DNA from: Planctomycetota bacterium
GTDB lineage: Bacteria; Planctomycetota; UBA8108; UBA1146; JAJFFE01
Direction: 5' to 3'
NCBI GenBank assembly: GCA_021776775.1
Contig: JAJFFE010000231.1
Span: forward strand, 35,844 to 99,843
DNA: 64,000 nucleotides
Below the pieces are notes generated by a model. The model had not been told where the DNA came from, searched no databases, and saw only the letters and a program-made list of their open reading frames with translations. Every line of letters begins with the position of its first letter. The stretch's first letter is position 1. Shown here one piece after another: positions 11,890 through 22,491 of this stretch. The position numbers and the translations under genes are program-made.

Positions 11890-12705
11890 CTACGGGCAGT
11901 TGTAGGCGTCGCAGCCGAGCAACGACTCCTGCGGGGCCGGTCCACAACTTGGAAACGGTGCCCCCGGTGTGTCTCCGGCGAGGAACAGATAGGTCAACAG
12001 GAAAATGATGTCGGCGATATCGACTTGGTTGTCAGAGTTCGAATCCAGCGCTGCCAAACAGTCGGGCGTATCGCCACCGAGGAAGATGTAGTCTTCCGCC
12101 GCGAACACGTCCGCGATGTTGAGCCCGCCATCCGTATTCATGTCGCCGCGGACGAACGGCGCGGGTGAGAACGTGATGGTTCCGTCGATCGCAGTTGGAG
12201 GAATGCTCGCCCCGCCGACCACTAGATTGTTCTGCACTGGGGGCGTTCCCAAGGTATTGGTCCAAACCAAATCGACCGAGTCGCCGACGGTGACACCGTT
12301 GGCGGTGTACGAGATATCGATGACCGGCTGCGGCGTCTCGAACGCGAGGGTCCAGGTCCCAAGAAACGAGAAGACGACTCCGGCCGTCCAACCGTTGGCG
12401 TATTCTTGAGTACTGAAGAAGGTGGGCGTCCCCCAGCTGTCGTCGAGTAGCGGAGCTCCGTACTCGATGTCGGTGACAGTGAGGACCGAGGGGTCATGCA
12501 TGACGCCCATTCCGAATCCCTGGCCCTCGCCGATTGGCCCGTCAGTCTGATGAACCATGAAGCTCACGAGGAAGGTGGTTTGAGTTTCCCCCGGGGCCAG
12601 GGGCACGGTCGTGGTCGGCGCGATGAAATCGAACTGCATCTGGGCGTCGGCCGCGGCGGGAGCGAATAGAAGTGGTAGAACGAGAGCCAGTAACAATCGA
12701 GACAT
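11890..12705 (-). CDS. secreted cohesin-like plus dockerin-like protein
   Basis: Signal peptide; beta-sandwich segment GFGMGVMHDPSVLTVTDIEYG; C-terminal FVRGDMNTDGGLNIAD...CLAALDSNSDNQVDIAD...PGAPFPSCG. Confidence 0.82.
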   Translation of the reverse strand: MSRLLLALVLPLLFAPAAADAQMQFDFIAPTTTVPLAPGETQTTFLVSFMVHQTDGPIGEGQGFGMGVMHDPSVLTVTDIEYGAPLLDDSWGTPTFFSTQEYANGWTAGVVFSFLGTWTLAFETPQPVIDISYTANGVTVGDSVDLVWTNTLGTPPVQNNLVVGGASIPPTAIDGTITFSPAPFVRGDMNTDGGLNIADVFAAEDYIFLGGDTPDCLAALDSNSDNQVDIADIIFLLTYLFLAGDTPGAPFPSCGPAPQESLLGCDAYNCP

Positions 12706-12915
12706 CGGATTCTCTTCCAGGTAGAGGGAGTAGACGACCGCCGATGAGGCCAGGCGCGGTCCCTCCTTACACCGGATTTTCGAAATCTATCGCCAGGCCC
12801 GCGGGCGCGTAATAGCGACCCCGATCCGCGCGGACTCGGAACGGACGAGCTCTGCCGCGCTCACAAGCGTGTTGAATCCACCGTCACATGCGAGACGAAA
12901 GAACAGTGGGAGCTT

Positions 12916-14835
12916 ATGCAAGTGACGACCGCGGCCACCAACTCTAGTCCGAGCCGACGACTCAAGATCGGAGACTATCTCGCGCGATATCCCTGGGATG
13001 TCGGCGGTAAGTCCTTGGACTACCTCTGGCAGTTCGACTTGGACGCGTCGGTTCAACGTCTCTGGCCTCATCTCTCCGATACCTCCTCCGTCAATCGCGC
13101 CATCGGCCTTCCCCCCATGTCCCTCGAAGAAGAAGCGGGCGAGGTCCGGGGCCGGATCAACCACCTAGGGGTGCTGCAGGAGTGGCATGAGCTTCCTTGG
13201 GAGTGGGAGGAGGGTTCCGAGTTATCGAGCACCCGCGTGTATTCGGTAGGCTTCGCTCGCCAAGTCAGAGCGCGCTACCTCCTGGAGCCTCTGGGTGTCG
13301 ACCGAGCACGATTGACCGTGTACTTCGGCTGGATTCCTCGCGGACTCCGTGGGCGCGTGCTCATCCCCTTGGCCATGCAGTGGCTGCGCCGTCGATACAA
13401 GACCGTGATGACGCAACTGGAGACCGCCCTCGCGGAGAAGCGTGAACCGTTCACGTCGACGCCTCCCAACCTTCACCCCGAGACGGTGCAGCGGTTGAAC
13501 GCGATCGAGAACACGCTCATCGCGGAAGATCTGCCGCCGAAACTGACCAGACGCGTTCGCAAGTTCATCGAAGAAGGAAGCGACGAGGGGCTGCATCGCA
13601 TCCGCCCTCGCCGCCTGTCTCGCGACTGGAACGTCAAACTCGAAGATCTCCTCAACGTCCTACTGGGCGGAACGCGTCACGGGCTGTTCCTGCTCAGGTG
13701 GGACGTCGTCTGCCCACACTGCCGGGGTCCTCGCGCCGACGCGGGGAGTCTCGGCGAACTACCCAAGGAAAGTCGCTGCGACCCATGCCATCTCGATTTC
13801 CAGATCACCGGGGTCGAGGGAGTCGAAGTCAGCTTTCGCCTCCACCCGGGCATTCGCGAGACTCAGCCGCAGATACACTGCAGTGCGGAACCCGCGCGCA
13901 AGCCCCACATCGTCATTCAGAAGCAACTCGCCGGAGGCGCCCGATGTGAAGGTTCCACAAAGTTATCGCCGGGCCGCTACCGACTGCGAGTCAACGGAGT
14001 TCAACGCTCCGGTTTCGTCGATGTGGTCGACCACGACAACGAAGCCGCCCCAGCCATTCTCTGTTCGTTCGACAACATCGCCCCGCGCCAAACGGTCCAA
14101 GTGGAGCCGGCGTTCTCCTTGGACAACCAGGGATCAATAGATCGGACGGTCGTTCTCGAGCGGCACGATGCCGACCGCGACGCCCTGCGTCCCGCGGACC
14201 TTTTCTCTCACCAGATGTTTCGGGACGTCTGCCCGCACGAGGCGCTCCCGCCCGACCTTCAGCTGGATGTCGGTCGACAGTGCATCCTGTTCACAGACAT
14301 GGTTGGATCGAGTCGCTTCTACGTTCGCGCCGGAGACGCGCTCGCATTCGCTCAGGTGCGAGCGCACTTCGTCCGGGTCCACAAGGTCGTTCGCGACCAC
14401 CGCGGAGCCTTGGTCAAGACCATTGGCGACGCGTCGATGGTCGTCTTCGCCGACCCGATGGACGCTCTAGCCGCCGCCATCGAACTGCAGCGCCAATTCG
14501 ACGGCAGTGCGCCTTCCGGAGAAGAAGAGCGCAAGCACCGCTTACGCATCTCGATCCACGCCGGACCGTGTGTCGCAGTGAACCTCAACACCGGCATCGA
14601 TTACTTTGGAAACACTGTGAACACCGCCGCCAAACTGCAGGCGATTACCGACGGTGGTGAGATTACGTTTACAGGGCAAGTCGTTTCCGACCCGCGAGGC
14701 CGGGCGTTTCTCGAGGCGCACAACGAGTGTTTGGACATGGTCTTGGAAGCTCCCCTGCAACACGATGACTCCCCCACCTATCGACTGCGGGCCGCGCATC
14801 GCGAAGGTGACGCCACGCGATCCACGTCGGAATAA
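12916..14835 (+). CDS. class III adenylate/guanylate cyclase with START/SRPBCC-like N-terminus and Cys-containing (DUF5939-like) middle domain
   Basis: Catalytic motifs ILFTDMVGSS, VKTIGDASM and DYFGNTVNTAAKLQ; middle region WDVVCPHCRG...CDPC. Confidence 0.9.
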   Translation: MQVTTAATNSSPSRRLKIGDYLARYPWDVGGKSLDYLWQFDLDASVQRLWPHLSDTSSVNRAIGLPPMSLEEEAGEVRGRINHLGVLQEWHELPWEWEEGSELSSTRVYSVGFARQVRARYLLEPLGVDRARLTVYFGWIPRGLRGRVLIPLAMQWLRRRYKTVMTQLETALAEKREPFTSTPPNLHPETVQRLNAIENTLIAEDLPPKLTRRVRKFIEEGSDEGLHRIRPRRLSRDWNVKLEDLLNVLLGGTRHGLFLLRWDVVCPHCRGPRADAGSLGELPKESRCDPCHLDFQITGVEGVEVSFRLHPGIRETQPQIHCSAEPARKPHIVIQKQLAGGARCEGSTKLSPGRYRLRVNGVQRSGFVDVVDHDNEAAPAILCSFDNIAPRQTVQVEPAFSLDNQGSIDRTVVLERHDADRDALRPADLFSHQMFRDVCPHEALPPDLQLDVGRQCILFTDMVGSSRFYVRAGDALAFAQVRAHFVRVHKVVRDHRGALVKTIGDASMVVFADPMDALAAAIELQRQFDGSAPSGEEERKHRLRISIHAGPCVAVNLNTGIDYFGNTVNTAAKLQAITDGGEITFTGQVVSDPRGRAFLEAHNECLDMVLEAPLQHDDSPTYRLRAAHREGDATRSTSE

Positions 14836-14928
14836 GCCCGCGGGGCCGCGTCCCGAAGGGTTGGACCGAGGTCGGTGCGTCACGCATGCGCGGACACGGT
14901 CACTCGCGGGCGTAGCTTCGCAACGGAG

Positions 14929-17900
14929 CTACCTCGTTTTCGTGTCCCCCACCGGATCTCCCTCGTCAGGCGGCGGCGACGCCGACCGAAGTGCCGAGCT
15001 CACGATCGGATCGATCGAGCGCAAGTGGAGATCACGCTGCGGGAATGAGATTTCGATGCCGTGGGCATTCAGGTTAGTTTCGATCGCCCCGACGAGTTCG
15101 TGCCGGACTTCGGGAATGGCGTCGGGGCTCGGCAAATAGACGCGAACATCGAAATTCACAGAGTCGTTACCGAACCCGGTCAGGAGCGCTTGCGGCGCTG
15201 GTTCGCGCAGCACGCGTGCATTCGCCAGCGCGGTGTCCATGAGAACCTTCTGGGCGAGCTGTTTGTCAGAGCCGTAGTTGATCCCGACCGGAATGACCAT
15301 ACGCAGAATGGAGTCGGTCAACGTCCAATTGATCAGTCGGCCGGTGATGAACTCCTTGTTGGGTACGAGCAGTTCCTTGCGGTCGAAGTTGGTCACCGTG
15401 GTGGCGCGGATGCGTAACTGGGTCACCTTTCCGTTCACATCTCCGATGGTGACGATGTCGCCAACTCGGACGGGTCGCTCAAACAGAATAATGATACCCG
15501 ATACGAAGTTGGCGAAGATCTCCTGAAGGCCGAACCCGAGTCCGACAGTCATGGCCGCGATCAACCACTGAATCTTCGACCAGCTCATACCCAACCAACC
15601 GAACGCCATCACGAATCCGACAACCGTGATCGCGTATCGCGACAGCGTGATGATGGCGTACCGACTGCCGGGTTGCAGAGGCAGCCGTTGCAGAATAGCG
15701 ATCTCGAACAACCCGGGCACATCTCGCGCTGCCAAGAGCGAGATCACCACGACGACCAGCGCCAACAAGAGATTCGCGAGCGTGATGTCCTCGTTGGCAA
15801 GTGTTCCGTCGGCGAGCGCCACTTGACTGGTCCACAAGGTGAAGCTGTCGAAGACCCGGAGAGCAGGCAGAACGTCTTCCCAGATGAACCAGAAGCCGAG
15901 CAGCAACGCGAATCCGACGGTGCTCTTCAGGAGCTTGCGCGTCTGCTGGTCCATCGCGGCGAGATCCACGATCGGCTCTTTGATCTCGAGGAGGTCTAAA
16001 CTGGAATCGGCGTCGGCATCAGCCTCCCGCGCGCTCTGTCGCAGCGTCTTCGCCTGTTCAATGGCAATTCGGCGACGGGTCACGAAGAGCCACCGCAACG
16101 TCAAAGTGTGAAGGAGAAGCAACCCCACCACGAGATAGAGCGTGCCGAAGAATCCGTCTTCGAGCTGTCCGCTGGTATACGTGTAGCCAAGCACCACAAG
16201 AAGCGCCAACGCTAGCGGTAGCGCGACCACGACTCCGTACAACACATAACGCAACCGAGGAAACCAACGGTTCTGGATCCCACGTTCCAAAGCGGCCAGA
16301 GCAGGCCCTCGGGGTCGCAGCAAGATGCCGAGGAACAAGCCGATCTCGACCAGGAAGAGGATACGAAGACAACGTTCGACCAAAACGTCAGATGCCTCGG
16401 TCGAGCGCCCGTACGAGCCGAGCAAAAACACGGTCGGAACCAGCGCCCAGCGGAGCCACTGCGTGTGACGCCTCAGGGAGAGTCGTGCCGCCTTGTTCCA
16501 ACGGAAGTGCACGGCCGCGAGACCTTTGTTGCGGGTGAGCCATACGACAGCCGATGTGACCATAAGTGGCATCGACGCCATGCGAAGGCCGCGGGCGACG
16601 GGAGTCGAGAGGTCGGTCGGCGACGAATCGATGACCCACGCGCCGATCCAAAACAAGATCGCTCCGAGGGCCGCGATCCCGAGCACATCGACGAGCGCGC
16701 GTACTGTGTGCGAATACGCATCTGTTTGCCAACTCGATGCAAGTTTGTTGAAGCGATCGAGGCGGCGCCGGAGCACTTGGCGAAAACCAATCGCGACGAG
16801 AATCGCCACCAAGAAAGTGACGAGTCGCATCAACGGGGCAAAACGACGGACGACCACCGAATTGGCGAGTTCCACCCAGTGGCTCGAGGCGTACGTCTTG
16901 CTCAACTGGGTAACAACCTTGACGGTATCGTCCGGGCGAAGAACCCGATCGTGTTGAACCCAAATGAGATGATCATTGATGAACACGGTGAACTTCTCGG
17001 CCCGGTCGATCATCTCCCGCTGGATGGCGCTGTTCTCGACGAGCAGGTCTAAATGACGACCGTAATCCTCGGCCAGTCGTCGAAAGAGCTCATCGCGGAG
17101 ATCGATCATGTCCTGAGCGGTCGCCCGCATGGCTACGTTCGTCCCGGACGCGCCTCCCCCGTCCGAGCCGACCAGCGCCGCAACTCCTGAGTCGAGTTCG
17201 CTCGTCGACATGAGCAACTCCTCGATCTCGAGGTAGCGACTTTGCGTCGGGCGGATCTCTTGACCGATACGTTGAAGGCTGCGACGCAACTCCCCGAGGT
17301 CGGGAAGCGCCCGAAGCTCGCTGGCGAGCAGTTGCGCCCCGGCCTCGCCACCGAGCGTTTTGGTGCGATCGCGGGCGCGCCGCTCTCGCGCCCGACCGGC
17401 TTCGAATCGTGCTCGCAACGCGATCACTTCTTTCTCGAGCGTCACGATGCGTTCCACGAGAGACGGGCTGTCTTCTCGACGCCGCACTCGATCTTTCGCG
17501 TACTCGAGGTTGCGCTCGGCGACGGATCGAAGAGCGTCGGGTGCACTCTTGAGTTGAGCCTCTGCTCGGCGAACCATATCTCCCGCCTGCCGACGCCGCT
17601 CAGACGCGACCGCTGCTTGCCAAAGCTGTTCGATCCCGGTGAGTCGCGTGATCTCACGCCGGAGACGTTGGGTCTTGAGCGGCAAGACCTCTCGGCGTTG
17701 TTCGTAAAACTTGCTCTCGAGTTCTACGGAAGCAACCGTCGCTCGAGTGGCGGCGTGGCGGGCGTACAGTGATGCTTCGCGAGCCGACCGTACTTCTGGC
17801 GGCAGGTCGCCGACTTGTCTCAGTTGCTCGGCACCATCGGCGAGCCCGTCGAGGGTTGACCGGAGCTGAACAAGCTCGTCAGGGATCTGCTGTCGCCGCT

Positions 17901-18357
17901 CTTGTCGACGGGAGGGCTCCGTCTCGAGCTCCGCTAGTTGCTCCTTGACGCTGGCCAGTTCAGTCGAGCTGACTTGGAGACGAAGCTCGAGATCGGTCAG
18001 TGATAGCCCCCCCGCCTGAATCGCCGGTTCTTGAACCGGTCTCTCGAGAGACGCTCGGAGTTCCGCCTGCAGACTCGCGGTCGCCGTTGGATCTTCGCGG
18101 TACTGCTGCTCGGCCAGCCGTTGGGTCGCAGCAGCCGCGCGAATCGCGTCGATCGCTTCACGGTAAGCCGCGATCGCCGCGGTTCGGTCGGCATTCGAAA
18201 GCGTGGACGACCCCTCCACTTCCGACAAACGCTGCTCGATCAGTTCGACGCTCGGCGGACTCGGCAGGCTCTCGACCGGCCGAATCAGAGTCCATGCCGG
18301 TACCAGAGGTTGCGCAAGAACGGCGGTTAACGCGAGTACTGGACCGAACGTGAACAT
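14929..18357 (-). CDS. large MscS-family mechanosensitive channel (MscK/KefA-like)
   Basis: Long coiled-coil periplasmic N-region, multiple TM helices, and C-terminal GLGFGLQEIFANFVSGIIILFERPVRVGD...IRATT...VPNKEFIT. Confidence 0.93.
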   Translation of the reverse strand: MFTFGPVLALTAVLAQPLVPAWTLIRPVESLPSPPSVELIEQRLSEVEGSSTLSNADRTAAIAAYREAIDAIRAAAATQRLAEQQYREDPTATASLQAELRASLERPVQEPAIQAGGLSLTDLELRLQVSSTELASVKEQLAELETEPSRRQERRQQIPDELVQLRSTLDGLADGAEQLRQVGDLPPEVRSAREASLYARHAATRATVASVELESKFYEQRREVLPLKTQRLRREITRLTGIEQLWQAAVASERRRQAGDMVRRAEAQLKSAPDALRSVAERNLEYAKDRVRRREDSPSLVERIVTLEKEVIALRARFEAGRARERRARDRTKTLGGEAGAQLLASELRALPDLGELRRSLQRIGQEIRPTQSRYLEIEELLMSTSELDSGVAALVGSDGGGASGTNVAMRATAQDMIDLRDELFRRLAEDYGRHLDLLVENSAIQREMIDRAEKFTVFINDHLIWVQHDRVLRPDDTVKVVTQLSKTYASSHWVELANSVVVRRFAPLMRLVTFLVAILVAIGFRQVLRRRLDRFNKLASSWQTDAYSHTVRALVDVLGIAALGAILFWIGAWVIDSSPTDLSTPVARGLRMASMPLMVTSAVVWLTRNKGLAAVHFRWNKAARLSLRRHTQWLRWALVPTVFLLGSYGRSTEASDVLVERCLRILFLVEIGLFLGILLRPRGPALAALERGIQNRWFPRLRYVLYGVVVALPLALALLVVLGYTYTSGQLEDGFFGTLYLVVGLLLLHTLTLRWLFVTRRRIAIEQAKTLRQSAREADADADSSLDLLEIKEPIVDLAAMDQQTRKLLKSTVGFALLLGFWFIWEDVLPALRVFDSFTLWTSQVALADGTLANEDITLANLLLALVVVVISLLAARDVPGLFEIAILQRLPLQPGSRYAIITLSRYAITVVGFVMAFGWLGMSWSKIQWLIAAMTVGLGFGLQEIFANFVSGIIILFERPVRVGDIVTIGDVNGKVTQLRIRATTVTNFDRKELLVPNKEFITGRLINWTLTDSILRMVIPVGINYGSDKQLAQKVLMDTALANARVLREPAPQALLTGFGNDSVNFDVRVYLPSPDAIPEVRHELVGAIETNLNAHGIEISFPQRDLHLRSIDPIVSSALRSASPPPDEGDPVGDTKTR

Positions 18358-18477
18358 GTTGTGGTCGTCTTTCCTGGCCGCTCAGGGAAGGCGGCACGGA
18401 AGACTACCGCGGCCGAGACCGCGTGGACAGACGGCGGTCGAAACTGCCCCCAAATATTCGACGGGCAAGTCGGCGGG

Positions 18478-18873
18478 ATGACGCAGATCTGGGCGTCACA
18501 GGTTCTTCTCCGAAGCCAAGGGCAAGTACGCTGGGCTGTTGAGCGAGCGCAAGGAGCTGGAGAGTCGCCGGCGTCCGGCGAGGAGTGGTGCGAACACCAC
18601 GTGGCGACGATTGCGGGTGTCAAGTTCTACCAGCGAGTACAGGCGCGAACCTGGCCGGAAAAGATGGTCGATCTCACCTGGAAAGTGGTCAACACGAACA
18701 ACCACCCCGTGTGGCACAGTCTGGAGGAATCCAAACCCAACTCTGAATTGAGAAGCTACCTCTGGGGCGGTAGCGATCTAAAGCCGGGCGCCTCTCATAC
18801 GCACGTCTCTGTCAGCTACGAGCCAGGGCGCAGCGACTGGAGGTTCGAAGGATTCGTGCGTCGAGAAGACTGA
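18478..18873 (+). CDS. hypothetical protein
   Basis: Open frame filling an otherwise empty gap, with a protein-like C-terminal half. The start is uncertain (the ORF-track start at 18361 abuts the divergent channel gene). No family recognised. Confidence 0.4.
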   Translation: MTQIWASQVLLRSQGQVRWAVERAQGAGESPASGEEWCEHHVATIAGVKFYQRVQARTWPEKMVDLTWKVVNTNNHPVWHSLEESKPNSELRSYLWGGSDLKPGASHTHVSVSYEPGRSDWRFEGFVRRED

Positions 18874-19096
18874 CGCCACTGACGCGACCTCACCCATTTC
18901 TAGATCATCCATGAAGCGGATCAATAACGAGCGGTAAGAGAACGGCTTACCAACGTCTCACACAACGTTTGAACCGGTCAAACGCTGTCCCTCGCCCGGC
19001 GCACAAGGCCCGTCGATGATACCTTAACAAGACACTTTCCCGCTTTCGATGATGCCTAAATGACGAGACCATTCTTGGTTCTCGGGAGCCGTTTCT

Positions 19097-19492
19097 ATGG
19101 ACGAAAACACTCCACGTATTCTGATCGTGGATGATGAACCTCTGAACGTCGAGGTACTCGAAGAGTTGCTCGAAGACTTCGTCGTCGACCACGCCTACTG
19201 CGGACCCGAAGCTCTCATCAAGATCGACGAGTTCGCACCAGATCTAGTCCTGCTCGATGTCATGATGCCGGGCATGGATGGCTACGAAGTGTGCCGGCAG
19301 ATTCGCAATCACGATCAATTCAGTGGATCGATCGTCGTGTTCCTATCGGCGAAGGCTGGGCATGAAGACATCGAAACCGGTTACAACGTCGGCGCGAATG
19401 ACTACCTGACGAAACCGTTCGATCATTGCACCTTGCTCGGCAAAATAGAGTCGTTTCTCGAATCGCGTCGATCCCAGGGACAAGCGCACTAG
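19097..19492 (+). CDS. single-domain response regulator
   Basis: ILIVDDEP, PDLVLLDVMMPGMDG, FLSAK, DYLTKPF. Confidence 0.95.
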   Translation: MDENTPRILIVDDEPLNVEVLEELLEDFVVDHAYCGPEALIKIDEFAPDLVLLDVMMPGMDGYEVCRQIRNHDQFSGSIVVFLSAKAGHEDIETGYNVGANDYLTKPFDHCTLLGKIESFLESRRSQGQAH

Positions 19493-19642
19493 TCGAGTGG
19501 GTTCCCGTACCGGCACTTATGACTCAGGTATGGGGTAAACGCCCGACGTCGACAAGTCCATGATGGTACTCTTCGTGGTATTACGGTTCCCGGACTGACT
19601 CTAGGTAACACCATTCACTCAGCATATAGGGAGTGAGAGTTC

Positions 19643-20077
19643 ATGACGGACACAGAGGAACGCGTCGCACGTATCCTCGTGGTCGATGACGAGCCGGCCA
19701 ACGTGGAGATTCTCGAAGAGCTACTCGAGGACTTCAACGTGCAGTCGGCGGCCAACGGTCGCGAGGCGTTGCAGAAGATCGAAATCTTCGAACCCGATCT
19801 GATCCTGCTCGATGTCATGATGCCGTCGATGAACGGCTACGACGTGTGTCGCTACATTCGGTCACGAGCTCGCTCGGTTGGGTCAACCGTCATATTCCTG
19901 TCCGCCAAGGCCGACGCCGAAGACATCCAGGCCGGATACGACTCGGGTGGTGACGACTACATCACCAAGCCCTTCGACCCCATGCTCGTTCTCGGACGTG
20001 TCGAAGAACACTTGAAAACACGCCCGGGAATCGTCCTTCCTAGCACGGAGAACGACGCGACGCCCGAAACGGGCTAG
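19643..20077 (+). CDS. single-domain response regulator (paralogue of the upstream gene)
   Basis: ILVVDDEP, PDLILLDVMMPSMNG, FLSAK, DYITKPF. Confidence 0.95.
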   Translation: MTDTEERVARILVVDDEPANVEILEELLEDFNVQSAANGREALQKIEIFEPDLILLDVMMPSMNGYDVCRYIRSRARSVGSTVIFLSAKADAEDIQAGYDSGGDDYITKPFDPMLVLGRVEEHLKTRPGIVLPSTENDATPETG

Positions 20078-20529
20078 CCCGAGGCGCTCCCCAATCCACC
20101 CCGCGTACCTCGCGACTCGGTCCAGGTTGATCTGCCCGCTCGGTAGCCCCGCACCGACATTCCGGCCCCGTCGCAAGATCTGCTCTCTGGTCGAGACACG
20201 CTTTGCAATGTTCCGGTAACTGACCGGGAAAGGCAGAGCTCGCTGGGTAATTCTCATTGTCGAAAATTTGTTCAGTTACTGTCACCCGGCAGCCGAAAAC
20301 ATCTCCGGGACGACACGTGTTCTCGAGCAAAGGTGATGAGACATCACGCCCCGCATCTGCTCGACCCACGCCAGATCAACTCGGTGACAAGTGGACCAGC
20401 CGCGCAAAGCCGACATTCGTCGAGGAACTCAGCCGCATCCCGAACGGGAAGTCGCGGTCGATTCCGTCGGAACCTCTTGGGAGATCGAATGACTCCGGAG
20501 CGGTGCACCTCGGCAGGTGGTGAGCGATC

Positions 20530-22374
20530 ATGAAAGGAATCTCTCCGACCTTTCGTATCAGCTTCGGACTCGTCCTTCTGACCGTGAGCGCGTTCCTGTT
20601 CGCCGACATGCTCGGCCTCGTTCCCAACCGACGAGAAGTGCTGCTAGACGCGCGCAAGACACTGTGTGAATCCCTGGCCGTTCAGTACTCATCGGCCGTC
20701 GCGACCAACCAGTACGACGCTATCGGACGATCGATGGAGTCGGTGGTCGACAGAATCGGCGACGTTCTCTCCCTTCGCATGGTCACAGCTGACAACGCAA
20801 CGATCGCCGAAGCCGGGGATCACTCGACCTGGGAAAACGTCTCGAAGGAAAAGTCTGTCGCCAACCAAGTGGTGGTTCCGATCTTTCGCGGCGATCGCCG
20901 TTGGGGCTCGGTACAGATTCGTTTTGACTCCATCTCTGGCAGTGGCCCCTTGGGTCTCCCGTGGGGTGGCATCGTCGAGACGATCTTGTTCGTAGGAATC
21001 TCGGGCTTCTTCCTATACTGGATGTTCATTCGCAAGACGCTGCAGCACCTCGACCCGTCGAACGTCATTCCCAGCCGCGTCAAGACAACGCTCGATGCGT
21101 TGGCCGAAGGCGTCGTCCTGATGGATGTGCACGAGCGTATCGTTCTCGCCAACGCCACGTTCTCCCGGATATCTGGAGAGGACACTGACACCCTCCTGGG
21201 TCAGCGAACCTCTGAGATCGCCTGCCTCAAACAGGAATCCGAATCCCGGCTGCCCTGGCACCACGCGCTCGAAGCGGGAAAAGAACAAAAGGCGACCGTG
21301 GTACCGCTGTCAGCCAAGAACGGATCGATTCGCAAGTACTCCGTCAATGGCGCTCCGGTGGTCGACGTGAATGGGAAAGTCCGCGGCGCCATGGCCACGT
21401 TCGACGACGTGACCGAGGTTGAAGAGAAGAACGATCAGTTGGAAGAGATGGTCTCTCTCCTGAGGCGAGCTCGCGATGAAGTAGACCAAAAGAATAAAGA
21501 ACTGCTCGCTACGAATCAGATCATCGAAGCGAAGGTCGAAGAGCGAACCGTCGAGCTTCGCAAGAGCATGGAAGCAGCCAAGGCAGCGAATCGTGCAAAG
21601 TCCGCCTTCATAGCGAACATCTCGCACGAGCTTCGGACTCCCATGCATGCAGTTCTGAGCTTTGCACAGTTCGGCGTCAAGAAGATAGACAAAGCCGACA
21701 AGGCGAAGCTTCTTGGATACTTCGAGCGCATCCACAAGAGCGGGAGCAGCCTGCTCGGATTGCTGAACAACCTGTTGGATCTTTCCAAATTCCAAGCCAA
21801 CAAGATGACCATCGCTTGGAAGCTCGCGAATCTGGACGACTTGGTCGAGGGAGTCGTGTCGGAGTTCGCGGTCCTCGCGGAAGGTGCCGGCACCACGCTG
21901 CAATTCGTCGCTTCGAACTGCGACACAAACGGCCAACTCGACGCCGATCGAATCACTCAGGTGATTCGCAATCTCGTCTCCAACGCGATCAAGTTCTCGC
22001 AACCGGACACCAAGATCCAGCTGGGCCTTTGCGAGTCCACGATCAAGATTTCGAAGCGGCAGATTCCTGCTCTGCTGTTCTGGGTCGAAGACGAGGGAGT
22101 GGGCATCCCACCTGATCAACTCGAGGCCATCTTCGATCCGTTCACTCAAAGCCGGCTGACCGATTCGGGCTCCGGCGGGACCGGCCTCGGCTTGGCGATC
22201 TGTCGCGAGATCGTCGCCGCTCACGGAGGCCGTATCACCGCGACCAACCGCGATACGGGCGGAGCTCGCTTCTCGTTCCTCATTCCTCGAAGCCAAGTTC
22301 CGGAACTGCCGAAGACAGCAGCGAACGCCCCCACCGCGACCGCCTCGGGTGCCGACGACGCAATCCCGGGCTAG
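20530..22374 (+). CDS. membrane PAS-domain sensor histidine kinase
   Basis: Two TM segments, a PAS domain (LDALAEGVVLMD), H-box ANISHELRTPM, N-box NLVSNAIKF, and G-boxes DEGVGI and GGTGLGLAI. Confidence 0.95.
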   Translation: MKGISPTFRISFGLVLLTVSAFLFADMLGLVPNRREVLLDARKTLCESLAVQYSSAVATNQYDAIGRSMESVVDRIGDVLSLRMVTADNATIAEAGDHSTWENVSKEKSVANQVVVPIFRGDRRWGSVQIRFDSISGSGPLGLPWGGIVETILFVGISGFFLYWMFIRKTLQHLDPSNVIPSRVKTTLDALAEGVVLMDVHERIVLANATFSRISGEDTDTLLGQRTSEIACLKQESESRLPWHHALEAGKEQKATVVPLSAKNGSIRKYSVNGAPVVDVNGKVRGAMATFDDVTEVEEKNDQLEEMVSLLRRARDEVDQKNKELLATNQIIEAKVEERTVELRKSMEAAKAANRAKSAFIANISHELRTPMHAVLSFAQFGVKKIDKADKAKLLGYFERIHKSGSSLLGLLNNLLDLSKFQANKMTIAWKLANLDDLVEGVVSEFAVLAEGAGTTLQFVASNCDTNGQLDADRITQVIRNLVSNAIKFSQPDTKIQLGLCESTIKISKRQIPALLFWVEDEGVGIPPDQLEAIFDPFTQSRLTDSGSGGTGLGLAICREIVAAHGGRITATNRDTGGARFSFLIPRSQVPELPKTAANAPTATASGADDAIPG

Positions 22375-22491
22375 AGGTGTGGCTAGAGATAGTTCCTACG
22401 ACAGTCCCGCCCGATATCGACCGATAGTTGGACAGAGCCGAATATCGGCACGTTCCGCCAACAATACGGACACAATGCTACGAGGAACGCC

